Shown here in pieces: positions 61,716 through 64,000 of a stretch of 64,000 bases of DNA (positions within the stretch are counted from its first letter, which is position 1; every line of letters begins with the position of its first letter). Location of the stretch: positions 22,816,001 to 22,880,000 of the forward strand of contig NC_043001.1 of the NCBI RefSeq assembly GCF_006345805.1, given 5' to 3'. The DNA comes from Octopus sinensis (taxonomy: Eukaryota). Position numbers and translations under genes: made by a program. The notes under the pieces were generated by a model. The model ran no database searches. It was not told where the DNA came from and saw only the letters and a program-made list of their open reading frames with translations.

Positions 61716-62495
61716 GGCGAGCTGGCAGAAACGTTAGCACGCTGGGCGAAATGCTTAGCGGTATTTCGTCTGCTGTCACGTTCTGAGTTCACATTCCGCC
61801 GAGGTCGACTTTGCTTTTCATCCTTTCGGGGTCAATAAATTAAGTACCAGTTACGCACTGGGGTCGATGTAATCGACTTAATACCTATGTTTGTCCTTGT
61901 TTGTCCCCTCTGTGTTTAGCCCCTTGTGGCTAATAAAGAAATAGGTATTTCGTCTGCTGTCACGTTCTGAGTTCAAATTCCGCCGAGGTCGACTTTGCCT
62001 TTCATCCTTTCGGGGTCGATAAATTAAGTACCAGTTACGCACTGGGGTCGATGTAATCGACTTAATACCTATGTTTGTCCTTGTTTGTCCCCTCTGTGTT
62101 TAGCCCCTTGTGGCTAATAAAGAAATAGGTATTTCGTCTGCTGTCACGTTCTGAGTTCAAATTCCGCCGAGGTCGACTTTGCCTTTCATCCTTTCGGGGT
62201 CGATAAATTAAGTACCAGTTACGCACTGGGGTCGATGTAATCGACTTAATACCTATGTCTGTCCTTGTTTGTCCCCTCTGTGTTTAGCCCCTTGTGGGTA
62301 ATAAAGAAATAGGTATTTCGTCTGCTGTCACGTTCTGAGTTCAAATTCCGCCGAGGTCGACTTTGCCTTTCATCCTTTCGGGGTCGATAAATTAAGTACC
62401 AGTTACGCACTGGGGTCGATGTAATCGACTTAATACCTATGTCTGTCCTTGTTTGTCTCCTCTATGTTTAGCCCCTTGTGGGCAATAAAGAAATA
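61716..62495 (+). repeat. SINE A head followed by 4 tandem 184-bp units
   Basis: Units start at 61760, 61944, 62128 and 62312 (ggtatttcgtctgctgtcacg) and end in aaagaaata. Confidence 0.95.
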
Positions 62496-63496
62496 AGAGG
62501 AGCGTTATGATCTCGTTCATTTATGCACCACGGAGATTTGGTACCCAGCCTTATGAATCCCGGTGCTCAAGAGAAACAAATGGGTGTACATATAGCATAC
62601 TAAACCTCAAGTATTTATAACAAATTGCTTCTATTTGAAAACGTTAGTTCACATCATATGTTCAGATGTTGAGAGTGGATTGAAGTGTGTACTTAAAGTT
62701 TACTTAAAAAGAAATGCTTCTTCTCTCATCCAACATTGAAGTGTCACTCATATGTAATGAATATCGTCAGTATAGAACAAGATATCGTCGAACAGATTTT
62801 GACCCAGTTTGATTGCCAGATGAATTCACTTCGCTTGCATAGCTAATGCACGAATGTGGATAGAATGACTACAATATCATCCCTGTTCCTATAAATATCT
62901 TATTTTGTACCTTGGGTAAGACATCGCGACGGTGATATGTTCAATGTTTATTTTATAGCAAAATGTTTCTAATTAACTAAGCTAAATATTGAACAAAATA
63001 CTTGAACAAAATACTTTATTTCACGTTGCTTTAGTCCATTCATCGGGCCAAAATGAGTAGTACCTGTATTTCAAAGGGCCAGTCTTGTCACACTCTGTGT
63101 CACGCAGAATCTCCTTGAGAACTACGTTAAAGGTACGTGTGTCTGTGGAGTACTCAGCCACTTGCACGTTAATTCCATGAGAAGGAACTCTCGTCGTCGT
63201 AATCGACGGAGTGTCAGGCTATTTTTAAACAACTGTTTTTTGTCTTAGTAGTAACTGATCTTTAGGACGAAAGATGATCGGCTCCTGGGATCTTCGAATT
63301 TTTTCCTCTTTTCAATGCATGTAGCATGCATCAAAAGGGGAAATTTTCAGCAACGATATAATAGGGACATTATAAAAATGTGTAATTTATGCACAAAACC
63401 AGCAATTTTGAGTTCTCATTACTTACATAGTATATTATTTTATCGACTTCGAAAGGCTGAAAGGGAAAATTGACCTCGGCACTTAAAGAGACAGAG

Positions 63497-63527
<31 letters not shown>

Positions 63528-63714
63528 CATACATACATACATACATACATACATGCATGGATACATACATACATACATACATACATACATGCATGGATAC
63601 ATACATACATACATACATACATACATACATACATACATACATACGTACATACATACGTACATACATACATATGTGTGTGTGTGTGTGTGCCTGTGTGTGT
63701 GTGTGTGTGTGTGT

Positions 63715-63932
63715 ATATGCGTGTCTGTGCCTTTGTGTTTGTCCTCCACCAACGTTTGACAACCGGTGTTGATTTGTTTACGCTCCCGTAACTTACCGGT
63801 TCAGCCAAGCGATCGATAGAATAAGTGCAAGTTTTAAATATAATGTTCTGGGGGTCGATTTGTTCGACTGAACCCTTCAAGGCAGTACCCCCAACATGGC
63901 TGCAATCCAATGACTGAAACAAGTAAAAGATA
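63715..63932 (+). mobile_element. SINE family B 3' half
   Basis: gacaaccggtgttg...gactgaaacaagtaaaaga. Confidence 0.75.
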
Positions 63933-64000
63933 AACACAATATCGGCTTTTTTACTTTCTCCACTGATGCAATATTGCTTTATTGAAATTCCTACACTGTA

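Noticed and set aside
61760-62495. Regular repeat array superficially like CRISPR
   Set aside because: Units are entirely repeated SINE sequence with no unique spacers and no cas genes, in a eukaryotic context.

Overview
AT-rich, microsatellite-saturated eukaryotic non-genic DNA. I infer an Octopus (coleoid cephalopod) genome from the tRNA-derived SINE families. No host protein-coding exon can be supported, and nearly all listed ORFs are microsatellite or SINE artefacts. The window contains: three mariner copies, a Bmmar1/maT-like relic, a Tc1-type MITE and two GG..CC foldback MITEs with (TTAGGG)n cores; two 5'-truncated Neptune-type Penelope-like elements (PLEs; RT plus C-terminal GIY-YIG), one with 1.4-kb inverted ends; Dong/R4, RTE and CR1/Jockey-group LINE fragments; and many SINEs from three families. 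The most interesting signal is a set of type I hammerhead ribozyme (HHR) motifs, mostly embedded in (TA)n/(CA)n tracts. These are three in the PLE termini, one in a 547-bp-period partial-tandem non-coding element (retrozyme-like), one at the apex of a ~350-bp foldback, and several more in unrelated short elements. Together they suggest a PLE-driven set of ribozyme-processed non-coding retro-RNAs. A second signal is a SINE that repeatedly inserts into its own family and builds 184-bp tandem arrays. Folds, translations and alignments were done by eye, and coordinates of decayed repeats are approximate.
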